NCBI GenBank assembly: GCA_945860865.1
Contig: CAMARW010000008.1
Span: forward strand, 51,897 to 115,896
Length of the DNA: 64,000 bases
Direction: 5' to 3'
From: Chitinophaga pinensis
Lineage (GTDB): Bacteria; Bacteroidota; Bacteroidia; UKL13-3
A model generated the notes under the pieces. That model saw only the letters and a program-made list of their open reading frames with translations. It was not told where the DNA came from and searched no databases. Below are positions 29,197-38,633 of the stretch, piece by piece; within the stretch, counting starts at the first letter, position 1, and every line of letters begins with the position of its first letter. Made by a program: the position numbers and the translations under genes.

Positions 29197-31092
29197 TTAG
29201 TCTGTTAAATCCAGCCATCTCAGTTCCATTTCATCCAAAGATGCTTTAATAGCTTCTAGGTTTTGACTCCATTTGAGCAATTCTTCGTGACTTTCGCTGC
29301 CTTGGTTTAATTGTGTTTCCAGTTTTTCTTTATCCAGGTTAAACTGCGCAATGCTGGTTTCTAGGTCGCTCAGTTCTCTCTGTTCTTTAAAAGATAATTT
29401 CTTTTTTTCTACAGGTTTTGGAGTTTCTTTTACGGGAGCCAACTTGGGCTCTTTGGCTTCTTGTTTAGCAGCATAAGCGGCTAGTTTTTTGTCTTCAAGT
29501 TCGTTGAGGTAGTCTTGGTAATTGCCGTTAAAATCTCTTATATATCCTTCACCTTCAAAAACAAAAAGTTTGTCAACTAGGGTATCCATAAAATACCTAT
29601 CGTGTGTAACCACTAATAAGCAGCCTTCAAAAGATTCTAAGAACTCCTCTAACACATTTAGCGTTTCAATATCAAGGTCGTTGGTAGGTTCATCCAGAAT
29701 TAAGAAGTTGGGTTTCTCCATTAATACAGTGAGCAAATAAAGCCGTCTTTTCTCGCCACCACTCAAAGAGCTTACAAAATTATGTTGTTTTTTGGGGTCA
29801 AATAGAAACATGCGAAGCAAGGCGATGGCCGTTAGTTTAACTCCTTTGCCAACTTCTAAATATTCGGCAATATCTGTAATTACTTCTACAACCCGCTTGT
29901 CTTCTTTTAGTTGCAAACCTTGTTGTCCGTAATATCCAAATTTAACTGTTTCTCCTTTAATAATGTTTCCCGAATCTTGTTTTTCTAGGCCTTGTAACAT
30001 ATTTAAGAAAGTAGACTTACCAACCCCGTTTTTGCCTATTACCCCAATTCGTTCGCCGGGTTTAAATAGGTAGGTAAAATCATCGGCAATTTTGAGGTTG
30101 CCATAACTTTTATGCAGTTGATGCACTTCTAAAATTTTTCCACCCATGCGCTTCATTTGCATCACTATTTCTACTTGAGAATCATCTTTTTTGAAAGCAG
30201 CTTTCTCTTTGGTTTCATAGTAAGCATCAATTCTGCTTTTAGATTTGGTGGTTCTTGCTTTGGGTTGTCTGCGCATCCATTCCAATTCTTTCTTAGCTAG
30301 TTTTCTAGCTTCATCTGCTTCTTTGGCTTGGTAGGTTTCTCTTTGTTGTTTCTTTTCTAAAAAATAAGCATAATTACCTCTATAAGTAAACAATTGCCCT
30401 AGGTCTAATTCAATAATTTCATTGCAAACATTGTCTAGAAAATACCTATCGTGGGTAACCAACAATAAGGTAATATCCTGCGATTTTAAATAGGCCTCAA
30501 GCCATTCAATCATTGGGATATCCAAGTGGTTGGTAGGCTCATCTAAAATAAGCATATCCGGACTTTGAATTAAAACTCTTGCTAAGGCTAAACGCTTTTT
30601 TTGACCTCCACTCAGTTGATCTGCTGTGTGGTTAAGGTGATGTTGTAAGTTTAACTGCGTAAGAATGGTGTGTACACGGGCTTCAATATCCCATGCCTGA
30701 AACACATCCATTTGTTCCATAGCATGTTGTAGTTTGGTTTGAATGGCCTCATCATCGGGGTGCTCATTGAGTGCTTCCATGCACCATTCATAATCGGCTA
30801 CTGCCTTTATAATCTCATTGTCTGAATTAAAAACAGCCTCCCAAACGGTATCTGTTTTTTCAAATTGTGGGTCTTGAGCCAAGTATGCCCATTTAATATG
30901 CTTATCAATTACAATGTTGCCAGCATCTGGTTCATCGCATTTGGTTAATAGGTTGAGTAAAGATGTTTTACCTGTTCCATTTTTGGCAATAAGTGCTACC
31001 CGACTTCCTTTTGCAAGTGTATAAGAAATATTCTCAAATAAAATGCGCTCTCCAAAACGTTTCGACAGGTTTTCTGCCCTTAAATAATTCAT
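29197..31092 (-). CDS. ABC-F family ATPase (Uup/YfmR-like)
   Basis: Two ABC cassettes (NGTGKT, LSGGQKKR, GKNGVGKS, LSGGEKRR, DEPTN) with no TM segments, C-terminal KKLSFKEQRE coil. Confidence 0.9.
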   Translation of the reverse strand: MNYLRAENLSKRFGERILFENISYTLAKGSRVALIAKNGTGKTSLLNLLTKCDEPDAGNIVIDKHIKWAYLAQDPQFEKTDTVWEAVFNSDNEIIKAVADYEWCMEALNEHPDDEAIQTKLQHAMEQMDVFQAWDIEARVHTILTQLNLQHHLNHTADQLSGGQKKRLALARVLIQSPDMLILDEPTNHLDIPMIEWLEAYLKSQDITLLLVTHDRYFLDNVCNEIIELDLGQLFTYRGNYAYFLEKKQQRETYQAKEADEARKLAKKELEWMRRQPKARTTKSKSRIDAYYETKEKAAFKKDDSQVEIVMQMKRMGGKILEVHQLHKSYGNLKIADDFTYLFKPGERIGVIGKNGVGKSTFLNMLQGLEKQDSGNIIKGETVKFGYYGQQGLQLKEDKRVVEVITDIAEYLEVGKGVKLTAIALLRMFLFDPKKQHNFVSSLSGGEKRRLYLLTVLMEKPNFLILDEPTNDLDIETLNVLEEFLESFEGCLLVVTHDRYFMDTLVDKLFVFEGEGYIRDFNGNYQDYLNELEDKKLAAYAAKQEAKEPKLAPVKETPKPVEKKKLSFKEQRELSDLETSIAQFNLDKEKLETQLNQGSESHEELLKWSQNLEAIKASLDEMELRWLDLTD

Positions 31093-31123
31093 GGGCGCAA
31101 GATATATAAAAATGCTTTATTAA

Positions 31124-31252
31124 AGCGCTTTCGAGCCTGGTGAAAATAATGTTTACATTAATACACTTGCTAGTTTACCTGTCGGTATTTATGTAATGGA
31201 AGTTAAAACTAACAACCACAAACAAGTAATTCGATTTATTAAAGGTAATTAA
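31124..31252 (+). pseudogene. Orphan 3' remnant of a T9SS type A CTD gene
   Basis: Translates to SAFEPGENNVYINTLASLPVGIYVMEVKTNNHKQVIRFIKGN*. In-frame stop at 31121, no 5' part, followed by its own terminator. Confidence 0.7.
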
Positions 31253-31273
31253 TCTTATAATCCTTATTCCATC

Positions 31274-31307
31274 AAAGGGGTGCCCAGTTTGGGTGCCCCT
31301 TTTTTTT
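31274..31307 (+). terminator. Intrinsic terminator
   Basis: AAAGGGGTGCCCA-GTT-TGGGTGCCCCTTTTTTTT. Confidence 0.85.
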
Positions 31308-31317
31308 GGTTCGAACC
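31308..31317. repeat. Dispersed palindrome GGTTCGAACC (copy 4)
   Basis: Intergenic, immediately after the terminator U tract. Confidence 0.8.
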
Positions 31318-31361
31318 TATTTATGACAGTTTAATGCTATCATAAGTATTCTCATAAATCA

Positions 31362-31369
31362 TATATTTG
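31362..31369 (+). promoter_or_regulatory. -7 box (TATATTTG) for ribBA
   Basis: TAnnTTTG 17 nt upstream of ATG 31387. Confidence 0.6.
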
Positions 31370-31386
31370 CAGCTTATTTGAAATAC

Positions 31387-32604
31387 ATGCAATTTAAGTT
31401 TAATACCATCGAAGAAGCTATAGAAGATATAAAAATCGGTAAAATGATTATTGTAGTGGATGATGAGGATAGGGAAAATGAGGGCGATTTTTTAACTGCT
31501 GCCCGTAATGTAACACCAGAAGTTATTAATTTTATGGCTAGAGAGGGAAGGGGCTTAATTTGTGCGCCGCTCACTGATACTCGCTGCGCCGAACTTAAAT
31601 TAGACCTCATGGTAAACGATAATACAACCTTGCATGAAACTCCTTTTACCGTATCTGTTGATTTGCTTGGGAAAGGCTGTACCACAGGGATATCTGCACA
31701 AGATAGGGCCAAAACAGTACAAGCACTTATTGATGTGAATAGTAAACCAGAGGATTTTGGAAAACCTGGCCATATTTTCCCGCTTAAAGCTAGACCAGAG
31801 GGTGTTTTGAGAAGAGCCGGACATACAGAGGCAGCCATAGATTTTGCCCGATTGGCCGGCTTTGAACCAGCAGGATGTATTGTGGAAATTTTGAATGAGG
31901 ATGGAAGCATGGCGCGTGTGCCAGACCTTATTAAATTGGCGCACAAGTTTGATATGAAGTTGGTTACCATTAAAGATTTAATTGCTTATAGATTAGAAAA
32001 AGAATCTTTAATCCAAAGACTTATATCGGTGGATATGCCTACCAGATATGGTAATTTTGTTTTAACCGCCTTTAAACAAATTGATACAGGCGAAGAACAT
32101 ATCGTGCTTCAAAAAGGAACTTGGGAAGAAAATGAACCCGTTCTAGTTAGGGTGCACTCTTCTTGTATTACAGGAGATATCTTTCACTCCATGCGCTGCG
32201 ATTGTGGCGATCAACTGCACAAAGCCATGGAACTCATAGAGCATGAAGGTAAAGGAATGGTGCTGTATATTAACCAAGAAGGTAGAGGTATTGGATTGGT
32301 AAATAAATTGAAAGCATATAAATTACAAGAACAGGGCTTAGATACCGTTGATGCTAATTTACAATTGGGGTTTAAAATGGATGAACGCGATTATGGCGTT
32401 GGTGCTCAGATTTTGCGTGCAATGGGCGTTCAAAAAATGCGTCTCATGACAAACAACCCTACTAAAAGAGCAGGTTTAATTGGCTACGGTTTAGAGATAG
32501 TAGAAAATGTTCCTTTAGCAGTAACTCCCAACTCGCATAATAAAAAATACCTTGATACCAAGCGCGATAAAATGGGTCACGAGTTGAAAGAAGATAACAA
32601 GTAA
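31387..32604 (+). CDS. ribBA: Bifunctional DHBP synthase / GTP cyclohydrolase II
   Basis: [30 protein letters not shown]...[13 protein letters not shown]. Confidence 0.96.
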   Translation: MQFKFNTIEEAIEDIKIGKMIIVVDDEDRENEGDFLTAARNVTPEVINFMAREGRGLICAPLTDTRCAELKLDLMVNDNTTLHETPFTVSVDLLGKGCTTGISAQDRAKTVQALIDVNSKPEDFGKPGHIFPLKARPEGVLRRAGHTEAAIDFARLAGFEPAGCIVEILNEDGSMARVPDLIKLAHKFDMKLVTIKDLIAYRLEKESLIQRLISVDMPTRYGNFVLTAFKQIDTGEEHIVLQKGTWEENEPVLVRVHSSCITGDIFHSMRCDCGDQLHKAMELIEHEGKGMVLYINQEGRGIGLVNKLKAYKLQEQGLDTVDANLQLGFKMDERDYGVGAQILRAMGVQKMRLMTNNPTKRAGLIGYGLEIVENVPLAVTPNSHNKKYLDTKRDKMGHELKEDNK

Positions 32605-33099
32605 ATGTTACCTGAATACCAAAAAATTCTTCAGCAAGCTAAAAAAGATAAAGAGGAAAATAAGAAGTTTTTAGCTAAACTAAAGAAGCTTAAGCCAGCT
32701 AAATTAGATGAGATTATTCAAAAGTTGGATGAAGAGGCTTTTGCAACAATTGATTGCTTAAACTGCGCCAATTGCTGTCAAACAACGGGTCCGCTTTTGC
32801 TAAATAAAGACATTGATAGGCTTTCTAAAAAGCTAAAAATGCGACCTGCAATTTTTACTGAAAACTTCCTCAAAATTGATGAGGACAAAGATTATGTTTT
32901 CAAAAAGATGCCCTGTATATTTTTAGGTTCAGACCATTACTGCAGTGTTTATGAGGCAAGGCCTAATGCTTGTAGAGAATATCCTCATACGCAGCAAAGA
33001 GACCAATTGCAAAAGTTGCCAATTACTTTTGAAAACTCACTCATTTGTCCCGCTGTAGCCAAAGTAGTAAGCGCTTTAAAGTTGGAAAAATTTAGCTAA
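32605..33099 (+). CDS. YkgJ family (CxxCxxCC) cysteine-cluster protein
   Basis: CLNCANCC...PCIFL...CSVYEARPNACREYP. Confidence 0.85.
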   Translation: MLPEYQKILQQAKKDKEENKKFLAKLKKLKPAKLDEIIQKLDEEAFATIDCLNCANCCQTTGPLLLNKDIDRLSKKLKMRPAIFTENFLKIDEDKDYVFKKMPCIFLGSDHYCSVYEARPNACREYPHTQQRDQLQKLPITFENSLICPAVAKVVSALKLEKFS

Positions 33100-33720
33100 T
33101 TATGGAATTTGCAGGTACTTGTGTGTTTGTAAACTAATGCGCCAAGTTGGATTGAGCTTGCAATAGTCCACAATCAATGGGGTAACTTTTTCTCTTTGTT
33201 CCCATTCTGGTTGCAGGTATAATTTACAATCTGGCTGAACCAATTGCGCATATTTTTCGGCCCACTCAAAATCACTTTTATTGAAAATTATAATTTTCAA
33301 TTCATTGGCTTGATCTAAAACTTGGGTAAGAGGCTCTTTAAATTTTTTGGGCGACACACAGATCCAATTCCATTTTCCTGATAAAGGGTGCGAACCAGAT
33401 GTTTCTATATTGGTTTCTATTCCTAGGTTTTGGAGGCAATCTGTAAGCCCATTTAAGTTATGCATTAAGGGCTCTCCACCAGTAATTACAGCCATTTCTG
33501 TTCCCGATTCTTTTACCCATTGTGCCATGCTTTCAATTGACACTTGAGGGTGTTTATTGGCATCCCAACTTTCTTTTACATCGCACCATACACACCCTAC
33601 ATCACAACCGCCTAATCGCAGAAAATAGGCTGCTCTACCCGTATGGTATCCTTCTCCTTGGAGGGTGTAAAAATGCTCCATCAAGGGTAGGTTGTTGGGG
33701 TTGCTATTTAGTTTAATCAT
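33100..33720 (-). CDS. queE: 7-carboxy-7-deazaguanine synthase
   Basis: FYTLQGEG, CDVGCVWCD radical-SAM motif, ITGGEP, IETSG, SLQTHK. Confidence 0.92.
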   Translation of the reverse strand: MIKLNSNPNNLPLMEHFYTLQGEGYHTGRAAYFLRLGGCDVGCVWCDVKESWDANKHPQVSIESMAQWVKESGTEMAVITGGEPLMHNLNGLTDCLQNLGIETNIETSGSHPLSGKWNWICVSPKKFKEPLTQVLDQANELKIIIFNKSDFEWAEKYAQLVQPDCKLYLQPEWEQREKVTPLIVDYCKLNPTWRISLQTHKYLQIP

Positions 33721-34264
33721 GTTGGTTAATAACTTTTAAATAGTGCACCATTTGTGCCGATAGAGATTGAATAGAATGATCAGACCCAGTATCTATAACA
33801 GAATGGTTGTAATTTAACCCATTAGGCAATTGGGCTCCCATTTTATATTTTGCTTCACACAAGCTACTCATAGCTTGAAGGGGAAATAGAGGTTCAAAAT
33901 AAATGTTTAACAATAAATCAAATTTGTGACTCATAAACTGCCCTACTTTTTCTTTCTGGGGGGTATTGAAAAAGTTTAATTGTTCTTTCCAAAAGTATTC
34001 TGAACTAATATGAAATTTGCGGTTGTAAGGGAGAGTTTTACTTTCAACAAAACCCATGGTCCAAACTTTTTTTCCTTGATCGCGCAGATAATGCGCTATG
34101 CGTGTTATTTGTTCTTCCTCCTTAGCTTGGGTGGCGTTATAAATTAAACCAATATCTTGGATATCTTTAAAATTTGGAATATTAACTATTCCTTTCTCTA
34201 CTTTCACCTGGTGTGAAAGCTTCCAAGCACCCAAGGTGTCTTTTATTTTATCTATCCAATCCAT
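33713..34264 (-). CDS. Conserved Bacteroidota hypothetical protein (DUF6913-like)
   Basis: LNFFNTP...FMSHKFDLLLN...AKYKMG pattern recalled from this family. Unverified. Confidence 0.55.
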   Translation of the reverse strand: MDWIDKIKDTLGAWKLSHQVKVEKGIVNIPNFKDIQDIGLIYNATQAKEEEQITRIAHYLRDQGKKVWTMGFVESKTLPYNRKFHISSEYFWKEQLNFFNTPQKEKVGQFMSHKFDLLLNIYFEPLFPLQAMSSLCEAKYKMGAQLPNGLNYNHSVIDTGSDHSIQSLSAQMVHYLKVINQHD

Positions 34265-34282
34265 TTTCAATAAAATTGTTTA

Positions 34283-35758
34283 TCACGAAACTAGGGTATT
34301 TGAGTTGTTTATTTTGTTTTTCTTTCCTAATAGCGTGCGTATTTTCCTATTCCATTTGTAATATAAGTTTTTATCAAATAGCTGTGAGTCATTAGCCGCC
34401 TGGTAAGTTATAAAGAAGGCAATAGGAGCAAATACAGCTAGGCCAAACCATATGCCTTGCAGGGCAGACCAAGCTTCTGTTTTTGCAGCTTTTTCTCCAG
34501 AGAGGGAAACAATGTGAAAGCCAACATATAATAAAACAGATATTACAATGGGCAATCCAAAGCCCCCCTTTCTTATGATTGAACCAAGTGGTGCACCCAG
34601 AAAAAACATCACAATACAAGCAATTGATAACACAAACTTTTTGTGCCATTCTATTTTGTGTCTGCTTCTTAATCTATTCAAATCTTTGTATTCATTAATA
34701 GAGTACTCAACAATATTTTTTACGCTGCGCGCTGCCATTAATGCATTACTATAAATGGCGCTTGTAGGAATATTATGAAAATGACTGGTTATATTTTTTT
34801 CTCGACTTTGAACTAGGATAGGGTTTATTTTTTGAAGTTTACTTGAACTATCTAGTTCATATTTGCTGAAAAAATAATATGGTCTGATATAACCTTTTAA
34901 GCTTTCAAACTTATCTATCGCAACTTTATCTAATGAATCACTTGCTCTGCCTAATTCAATTACATTTAACATTTCCCAATGACTTTTAAATAAATTTTCA
35001 TCGGTTCTATTAAATTTAAAGCTGTTTAGGTCAAATGCAATGCGCTCTTCTCCAAATGTCATTGTAGAATGTTGCTGAGCATAGTAGTAGCCCTTAACAC
35101 GCTCTAGCTCTTCATATCGGCCACCATCTATGAGGTTTAAAAACAAGTATCGGTTATCTTCACTGCTGCTCATTTTGCCTTTTTTGGCATAGATTATAAC
35201 AGGGTGTAACTGACTTTCTCTTTGGTCGTAAATAATAATATCTTGAAGTTCTTGGGTATGTCTGTCTTTTTTTCCAACCCTAATGGTAATTCCAGGGATG
35301 TCTTGACTAAAAACACCTTCTTTAATGGCTAGGGCAGGTTTTTGTTGTCTCACATCGTATAGTAAAGAGCCTTTTTTTAAATTGGCTTGTGGAATAAGCA
35401 CATTGGCTACAAAAAAACCGAACAAAGCCACAAAAAGCATAACTACAGCCATGGGTTTAAACATTTTCCAGATTGAAATACCCGAAGCTTTTGCTGCAAC
35501 TAACTCGTAACTTTCTCCTAAATTACCAAATGTCATGATTGATGATAGCAAGATAGAAAGAGGTAAAGCTTGAGGAATTAAGCTAGCAGAAAAGTAAAAC
35601 ATCAATTCTGCTATAATTTGCCATTCTAAACCTTTGCCAATTAATTCATCAACGTAGAGCCATATTACTTGCATTAGCAAAATGAGCATTACAATCAAAA
35701 ACGTTGGTAGGAACGCTTTTAGGTAATTCTTTACAATGAATAGGTAAAATTTCTTCAC
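34283..35758 (-). CDS. LptF/LptG family LPS export permease
   Basis: ALPLSILLSSIMTFGNLGESYELVAAKASGIS, LGAPLGSIIRKGGFGLP. Start refined to GTG 35758. Confidence 0.88.
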   Translation of the reverse strand: MKKFYLFIVKNYLKAFLPTFLIVMLILLMQVIWLYVDELIGKGLEWQIIAELMFYFSASLIPQALPLSILLSSIMTFGNLGESYELVAAKASGISIWKMFKPMAVVMLFVALFGFFVANVLIPQANLKKGSLLYDVRQQKPALAIKEGVFSQDIPGITIRVGKKDRHTQELQDIIIYDQRESQLHPVIIYAKKGKMSSSEDNRYLFLNLIDGGRYEELERVKGYYYAQQHSTMTFGEERIAFDLNSFKFNRTDENLFKSHWEMLNVIELGRASDSLDKVAIDKFESLKGYIRPYYFFSKYELDSSSKLQKINPILVQSREKNITSHFHNIPTSAIYSNALMAARSVKNIVEYSINEYKDLNRLRSRHKIEWHKKFVLSIACIVMFFLGAPLGSIIRKGGFGLPIVISVLLYVGFHIVSLSGEKAAKTEAWSALQGIWFGLAVFAPIAFFITYQAANDSQLFDKNLYYKWNRKIRTLLGKKNKINNSNTLVS

Positions 35759-35779
35759 GCTTAATTTATCTTTGGCAAT

Positions 35780-36340
35780 ATGGAACAAAAATGGGTAAAT
35801 AATTTGAATAATGATGAATTCAATTTGATAGATAATGATTGGTATCCAATTATCAAGAAAAGTGCCATAGATAAAATCAAATCGCAACTGATAGAGGAAG
35901 GTGCTAAACTTCAGAAAGTTTACCCTAAAGAATCTTATAAAATTAGTGCTGGTGAAAAATTAAACAACTTACCTTACGTAGTTTTAGATTTCCCAAGGAT
36001 TGAGGGGCCAAAATTTAATTTTGTTTGCAGAGCATTGTTTTGGTGGGGTAGAGGTATTCAGTTTCAACTTATTTTAAATGGAAAGTCGAATGAGGTATAT
36101 GCAAAAATTTTAGCACAATCAATGTCGAGCGATTTTGTTCTGTTGGGGCAAAATCTATGGGAGAACGATATAGAAACTGCCCATTTTTGCGAATTAAATT
36201 CTATGAGTGAGTTTCAAAAGGAACTTGTTTTACAAGCAAATTTTTTCAAATTGATTAGGTTCAAACCATTTCAACTTAACGAACGTTTTTTCGAAGATTT
36301 TACTCTTTTCTATCAGTTTTATGCTAAATTGGTAGATTAG
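35780..36340 (+). CDS. Hypothetical protein
   Basis: 186-aa ORF with KISAGE...LPYVVLDFPR...LFWWG motif. -7 box TATCTTTG at 35767-35774. Confidence 0.65.
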   Translation: MEQKWVNNLNNDEFNLIDNDWYPIIKKSAIDKIKSQLIEEGAKLQKVYPKESYKISAGEKLNNLPYVVLDFPRIEGPKFNFVCRALFWWGRGIQFQLILNGKSNEVYAKILAQSMSSDFVLLGQNLWENDIETAHFCELNSMSEFQKELVLQANFFKLIRFKPFQLNERFFEDFTLFYQFYAKLVD

Positions 36341-36723
36341 CCCCCCAATAAAGTTTTGAGCTCATGAACTTGATTTTCCCACAATAAAATAGTGTTTTTT
36401 TCTTCGTCCAAATCTGCAAAATCAGTTACAACAAGAGCAACATCATCAGTTAGTTCGTCTTGTTGTATTTCAAATTCAAAGTATTCATCTGGATGCGATT
36501 CTTTCCAACGAAATTTAATTCCTTTACTCGGTGTTTTCTTTATTAGTTCGGCAATATTTTCATCACCATCCCATTTAAATTTGTAGAAATTATTATATAT
36601 GTCTACATCACTGCAAAACCACTGTGATAAACCAGACGGAGAGCTAATGTAATTATATAACATAGCTGGGGAAGCTTTCACTTCAAATTCCATCCTAATT
36701 TTTTTCTTTAAACTCTTAACCAT
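36337..36723 (-). CDS. START-like (SRPBCC) domain protein
   Basis: ASPAMLYNYISSPSGLSQWFCSDV...DELTDDVALVVTDFA. -7 box at 36749-36756. Confidence 0.85.
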   Translation of the reverse strand: MVKSLKKKIRMEFEVKASPAMLYNYISSPSGLSQWFCSDVDIYNNFYKFKWDGDENIAELIKKTPSKGIKFRWKESHPDEYFEFEIQQDELTDDVALVVTDFADLDEEKNTILLWENQVHELKTLLGG

Positions 36724-36845
36724 TGTATTTTAATTAATTGGCTATTGGCAAATATATATTTTTAGTTCAGACTAGCAAGAAAATTTGTAATTAGTGAAAA
36801 ATAAATTGAAACATTTTGCGTTCTAAACCTTTTTGAGAAAACTAT

Positions 36846-37877
36846 TTAAGCTTTTTGCAAGGTAAATCCGAAGGTGGTTCCTACTCCCAAATTACTTCTT
36901 ACATTAATAGTTTGTTGATGTGCTTCTATAATATGTTTAACAATGGCAAGACCTAAACCTGTTCCACCTTCCTGTCCTTCTTTTGTTCTGCTTTTGTCTA
37001 TTCTAAAAAAGCGCTCAAAAATACGGTTAAGATGGTCTTGTTCTATACCTGGGCCATTATCTGCTATTTCAATTAAAATATTTTCATCCATATCATAAAA
37101 GGCGGCAGTTGTAGTTCCATTTTGATTGCCATATTTAATAGAATTGGCTATTAAATTAACTAAAACTTGCCTTACCCGGTATTTGTCTGCATAAACAAAA
37201 AAGGGTTCGTTACATCCTTCTTTTATCAATAAATTAATTTTGTTGTTGTGCAGTTGGTCGTAAACATCTTTAACCATGGGCGTTATATCAAACTTTTCTT
37301 TTTCCATGGCAAGTTCACCGCTTTCCAACTGAGATATGGCTAAAAGATCGGCAACTAAATCACTTAGTCTATCTGCACTTTTAGCAGCTTTTTCTAAGAA
37401 TCGTGTTTTAACTTCTGGATCTTCCATAGCACCATCTAATAAGGTATGGATATAACCTTGAATATTAAAAATGGGTGTTTTTAATTCGTGCGAAACATTG
37501 CCTAAAAATTCTTTCCTAAAATCAGCTAGTTTTTTTAATTGATCTATTTCTATTTTATTATCTCTAGCCCATTTAATTACCTCTTTGTTCATTTCTGATA
37601 TAGGATCTTTATCCCAGTCGAAATTCTTCAATATGGCATCGTATTTTTGTGTTTTTAAGCTGTGTATGGTTTTGTAAATAAGTTTAATTTTTCTGTAAAT
37701 GAAAAATTCTAAAGTATAAAAAAACAGAAAAAAAGATAAGCCAAAACAAAGTGTAAATATGATAACAGTGTTAACAAATTCCCAATCGCTTATTAAAAAA
37801 GTTACCGAACCAATGATGGATGCCAGTAGCAAGGAGATTAAAAAAGCAATATCTATTGGCTTAGGATTTCTTATCAT
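36846..37877 (-). CDS. Two-component sensor histidine kinase (PhoR/RprX-like)
   Basis: Two N-terminal TM helices, FLGNVSHELKTP, NLIANSIKY, DNGPGI, GGTGLGLAIVKH. Confidence 0.92.
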   Translation of the reverse strand: MIRNPKPIDIAFLISLLLASIIGSVTFLISDWEFVNTVIIFTLCFGLSFFLFFYTLEFFIYRKIKLIYKTIHSLKTQKYDAILKNFDWDKDPISEMNKEVIKWARDNKIEIDQLKKLADFRKEFLGNVSHELKTPIFNIQGYIHTLLDGAMEDPEVKTRFLEKAAKSADRLSDLVADLLAISQLESGELAMEKEKFDITPMVKDVYDQLHNNKINLLIKEGCNEPFFVYADKYRVRQVLVNLIANSIKYGNQNGTTTAAFYDMDENILIEIADNGPGIEQDHLNRIFERFFRIDKSRTKEGQEGGTGLGLAIVKHIIEAHQQTINVRSNLGVGTTFGFTLQKA

Positions 37878-38551
37878 ATTTCAAATTTATATCCTACACC
37901 TTTAACGGTGCCAATATACTCATCACCTAATTTTTCCCTTATTTTACGAATATGCACATCTATAGTTCTGTCTACAACTAAAACTTCATCGCCCCATACT
38001 TTTTCTAAAATATTTTCTCGAGTAAAAACCTTGCCCGGTTTAGAAGCCAATAAAAATAATAATTCAAACTCTTTTCTAGCCAACTGAATTTTTTGTTCGC
38101 CTCGGTAAATAAGAAATGATTCTCTATCTATAAAAATATCTTTAACCTTAATAGATGGAGAGGCCGCTTCTTTAATTTTTCTCCTTAAAATAGCATTTAA
38201 TCGGGTAACTAATACCTTTGGTTTAATAGGTTTGGCAATGTAATCATCGGCACCTGCATCTAAACCTTCAATTTCTGAATAATCTTCTGAACGTGCTGTT
38301 AAAAACACAACGTAAGTTTGATTGAAATCACTATCTGCTTTAATTCTTTTGCACGTTTCTATGCCATCCATTACAGGCATCATTACGTCTAAAAGAATCA
38401 AATCGGGCTTCATCTTTTTAGCAATGGGCAGTGCCTCTTTGCCATTAGATGCAGTAAATACCTCATAGCCTTCTTTTTTTAGATTGTAAGATATGAACTC
38501 TAAAATATCCGCTTCATCATCTACTACTAGAATTTTTCCTAATGTATCCAT
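37874..38551 (-). CDS. OmpR/PhoB family response regulator (PhoB/RprY-like)
   Basis: VVDDE, LLDVMMP, GADDYIAKP, winged helix RTIDVHIRKIREK...TVKGVGY. Confidence 0.93.
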   Translation of the reverse strand: MDTLGKILVVDDEADILEFISYNLKKEGYEVFTASNGKEALPIAKKMKPDLILLDVMMPVMDGIETCKRIKADSDFNQTYVVFLTARSEDYSEIEGLDAGADDYIAKPIKPKVLVTRLNAILRRKIKEAASPSIKVKDIFIDRESFLIYRGEQKIQLARKEFELLFLLASKPGKVFTRENILEKVWGDEVLVVDRTIDVHIRKIREKLGDEYIGTVKGVGYKFEI

Positions 38552-38592
38552 TGCTTAATTTTTATGTAATATTGGGGCTTGCGGCTTATTTC

Positions 38593-38622
38593 AATGTTTA
38601 CAAATTGTTATCTAATTGTTAA
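38593..38622 (-). promoter_or_regulatory. Pho-box-like 11-bp-period direct repeats upstream of the response regulator
   Basis: TGTT at 38595, 38606 and 38617. Minus strand reads TTAACAATTAG-ATAACAATTTG-TAAACATT. Confidence 0.55.
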
Positions 38623-38633
38623 GTGTGTTGAAA

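Noticed and set aside
31255-31386. FMN riboswitch upstream of ribBA
   Set aside because: No RFN consensus blocks. The only hairpin is a terminator for the upstream CTD remnant, and a -7 box lies just before the start
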